From Candidatus Zixiibacteriota bacterium (GTDB lineage: Bacteria; RBG-13-66-14; B26-G2; WVWN01): a stretch of DNA of 64,000 nucleotides. Position 1 is the first letter of the stretch. Each line of letters starts with the position of its first letter. The stretch spans positions 32,001 to 96,000 of the forward strand of contig JASFLY010000006.1 of assembly GCA_050117845.1 (NCBI GenBank), given 5' to 3'. The notes below the pieces were generated by a model. That model saw only the letters and a list, made by a program, of their open reading frames with translations. It did not search any database and was not told the DNA's origin. The position numbers and the translations under genes are program-made. Below are positions 60,948 to 64,000 of the stretch, piece after piece.

Positions 60948-61310
60948 TTACAGCTTCATCAGTTCTTCGACCGCTTTTTCCGGGGCGATGAACGTGACGT
61001 TGGCGCCGCAGTCGCCCATAAGCTCTTTGGCCTTGGCCGCGTCCTCTTCCGGTACGAGAACGAAAACGGGTATGGCGTGGATGGCGCAGGGTTTGAGCAG
61101 GTCGGAGGCGCATACGTTCGAGCCTTCGAGCGGCAGGAATTTATGGAAGTACCCGACGACGGCCTCAATGCCGTCCGAGGGGTTGATGTAACCGAGGTAG
61201 CGTCCGACGTTATCGTAGCCGTTGCCCAGGGGGGCGGTCTCGACGCCGGCGACCGCGATTTTGGTTAGGATTTGCGGGTCCGTGCCGTCCATGTATCCGA
61301 GCTTTTTCAT
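60948..61310 (-). CDS. Hypothetical protein downstream of gdhA
   Basis: GGGAG RBS; 120 aa alpha/beta-like sequence. Confidence 0.75.
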   Translation of the reverse strand: MKKLGYMDGTDPQILTKIAVAGVETAPLGNGYDNVGRYLGYINPSDGIEAVVGYFHKFLPLEGSNVCASDLLKPCAIHAIPVFVLVPEEDAAKAKELMGDCGANVTFIAPEKAVEELMKL

Positions 61311-61352
61311 TTCGTACTCCCTTCTATCTCGTCTATATCGGAGCCGGTCCGG

Positions 61353-62783
<1,431 letters not shown>

Positions 62784-62873
62784 TTAAAAGCCGCCGGGCG
62801 GCGCTTAACCGTGAAATAGGGACGAAATATTACGAAGGGGTCCGGGGAAAGTCAAGCGTTTTTTGGGTAATTT

Positions 62874-63770
62874 TTAACCGCTACCGCCCCGGCAAGCGGT
62901 TATTTTGTACTCGGCCAGTTCCCGGACGGCGTCCCGGCCGGCGCCGAGTATTAATTTCGGGTCAAGGGCGGCCGCGTCGCCTTGGAGGTATCGGCGCACG
63001 GCGCCCACGAACGCGATGCGCAGGTCGGTGTCGACGTTGACCTTCGCGACGCCGCGGGCGACGGCCTGGCTCAAAAGTTCGTCCGAGAGGCCGCGGGCCT
63101 CGGGTAGGTGTCCCCCGGCCGCCTCGAGCGCGGCGACGGCGTCCGCGTATACCGCCGAAGCGCCGTGCAGGACCAACGGCACCGACGTGGCCTCGGCTAT
63201 GGCCTCCAGCCGTTCGGCGTCGATGTAGGGGTCGCCGGGGAACTTATAAGCGCCGTGGCTCGTGCCGACGGCTACGGCGAGGGAGCCGACGCCGGTCGCT
63301 TCCGCGAAGCGCGCAGCCTCGTCCGGCTCGGTGAACAAGCCCCGGTCGTGCCCCTTGGCCACGTGGCCGAGTTCGCCTTCGACCGGGACGCCGCGGGGCC
63401 CGAACTCCTCCACCGCCGCCCGGACGAAGGCGACGTTCTCCTCGTACGGCAGTTTGGAGCCGTCCACCATAACGGAGTTGAAGCCGAGGGCGACGGCGCG
63501 ACGGGCGGCGTCGAGGCTCGAGCCGTGGTCCAAGTGGAGGACTCCCGGGATGGCCGCCGCGTCGACGGTCTCCCGCGCCATACGGACGAAGGCGTCGCCG
63601 GCGTAGGCTATGGCCGACTCCGACATCGCGACGAAGACCGGCGCGTTTTTGGCTTCGGCCGCGGCGACGACGGCCTGCAGGAACTCGAGGTCGTTTACGT
63701 TGAAGGCCGGGACGGCGTACCCGGCCGCCCGGGCGGCCCGGAGTATTTCGTTTGCGTCGGCGAGGGGCAT
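62874..63770 (-). CDS. fba: Class II fructose-bisphosphate aldolase
   Basis: YAVPAFN, HLDHG, SVM.DGS, EGELG, GTSHGAYK, LVLHGAS, KVNVDTD. Confidence 0.93.
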   Translation of the reverse strand: MPLADANEILRAARAAGYAVPAFNVNDLEFLQAVVAAAEAKNAPVFVAMSESAIAYAGDAFVRMARETVDAAAIPGVLHLDHGSSLDAARRAVALGFNSVMVDGSKLPYEENVAFVRAAVEEFGPRGVPVEGELGHVAKGHDRGLFTEPDEAARFAEATGVGSLAVAVGTSHGAYKFPGDPYIDAERLEAIAEATSVPLVLHGASAVYADAVAALEAAGGHLPEARGLSDELLSQAVARGVAKVNVDTDLRIAFVGAVRRYLQGDAAALDPKLILGAGRDAVRELAEYKITACRGGSG

Positions 63771-63875
63771 AATTTACCTCTTTCGTTAAAAATAGGGGCG
63801 GTAATAATTAGCATAGAGACGGGAGTTAAGCAAGTGTTTCGGTCGCATAACGCAGATATTCGCGGGCAGCGAAAC

Positions 63876-63904
63876 TTGTCGAGGGTAGGTATTTCTGATA
63901 GAAT
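63876..63904 (+). promoter_or_regulatory. Sigma70-like promoter
   Basis: TTGTCG-N17-TAGAAT. Confidence 0.6.
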
Positions 63905-63989
63905 TTTATTCAAGGAGCGCATCATCGAGCAACGGGTCGGCAAGAGACCTACGGCTTAATACCGACGAGAGTGAAGAGGAGGCAGGAAA

Positions 63990-64000
63990 ATGAAGGGAGT
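63990..64000 (+). CDS. Start of a gene truncated by the window edge
   Basis: AGGAGG RBS then ATG AAG GGA. Confidence 0.5.

Noticed and set aside
63905..63989. Riboswitch in the leader of the truncated last gene
   Set aside because: Only weak pairing and no recognisable aptamer consensus

Overview
GC-rich chromosomal window from a diderm, probably anaerobic bacterium. The T9SS/FlgD-like CTD and the many paralogs ending in 'SxGRVKALY' suggest an FCB-associated candidate phylum such as Ca. Coatesbacteria; this is inference only. Housekeeping genes (rpsR end, rplI, dnaB, alr, lgt, hppA, smc, mreD, ftsB, eno, gdhA, fba) are interleaved with envelope genes. Highlights: (1) a SAM-methyltransferase-HgcA-like corrinoid membrane fusion followed by an HgcB-like ferredoxin (27360-29196); (2) directly downstream, an orphan bacterial gasdermin-like gene that appears to lack the N-terminal Cys, the C-terminal inhibitory tail and any neighbouring protease (29362-30075); (3) seven secreted paralogs with a shared C-terminal motif, six of them in tandem; (4) a POTRA-less Omp85 barrel flanked by four Gly/Ala-rich paralogs ending in Phe, with two diverged copies of its last beta-strand downstream at REP-like hairpins; (5) apparent leaderless genes and two genes without a canonical start codon. 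All family assignments come from motif recognition by eye; no searches were run.
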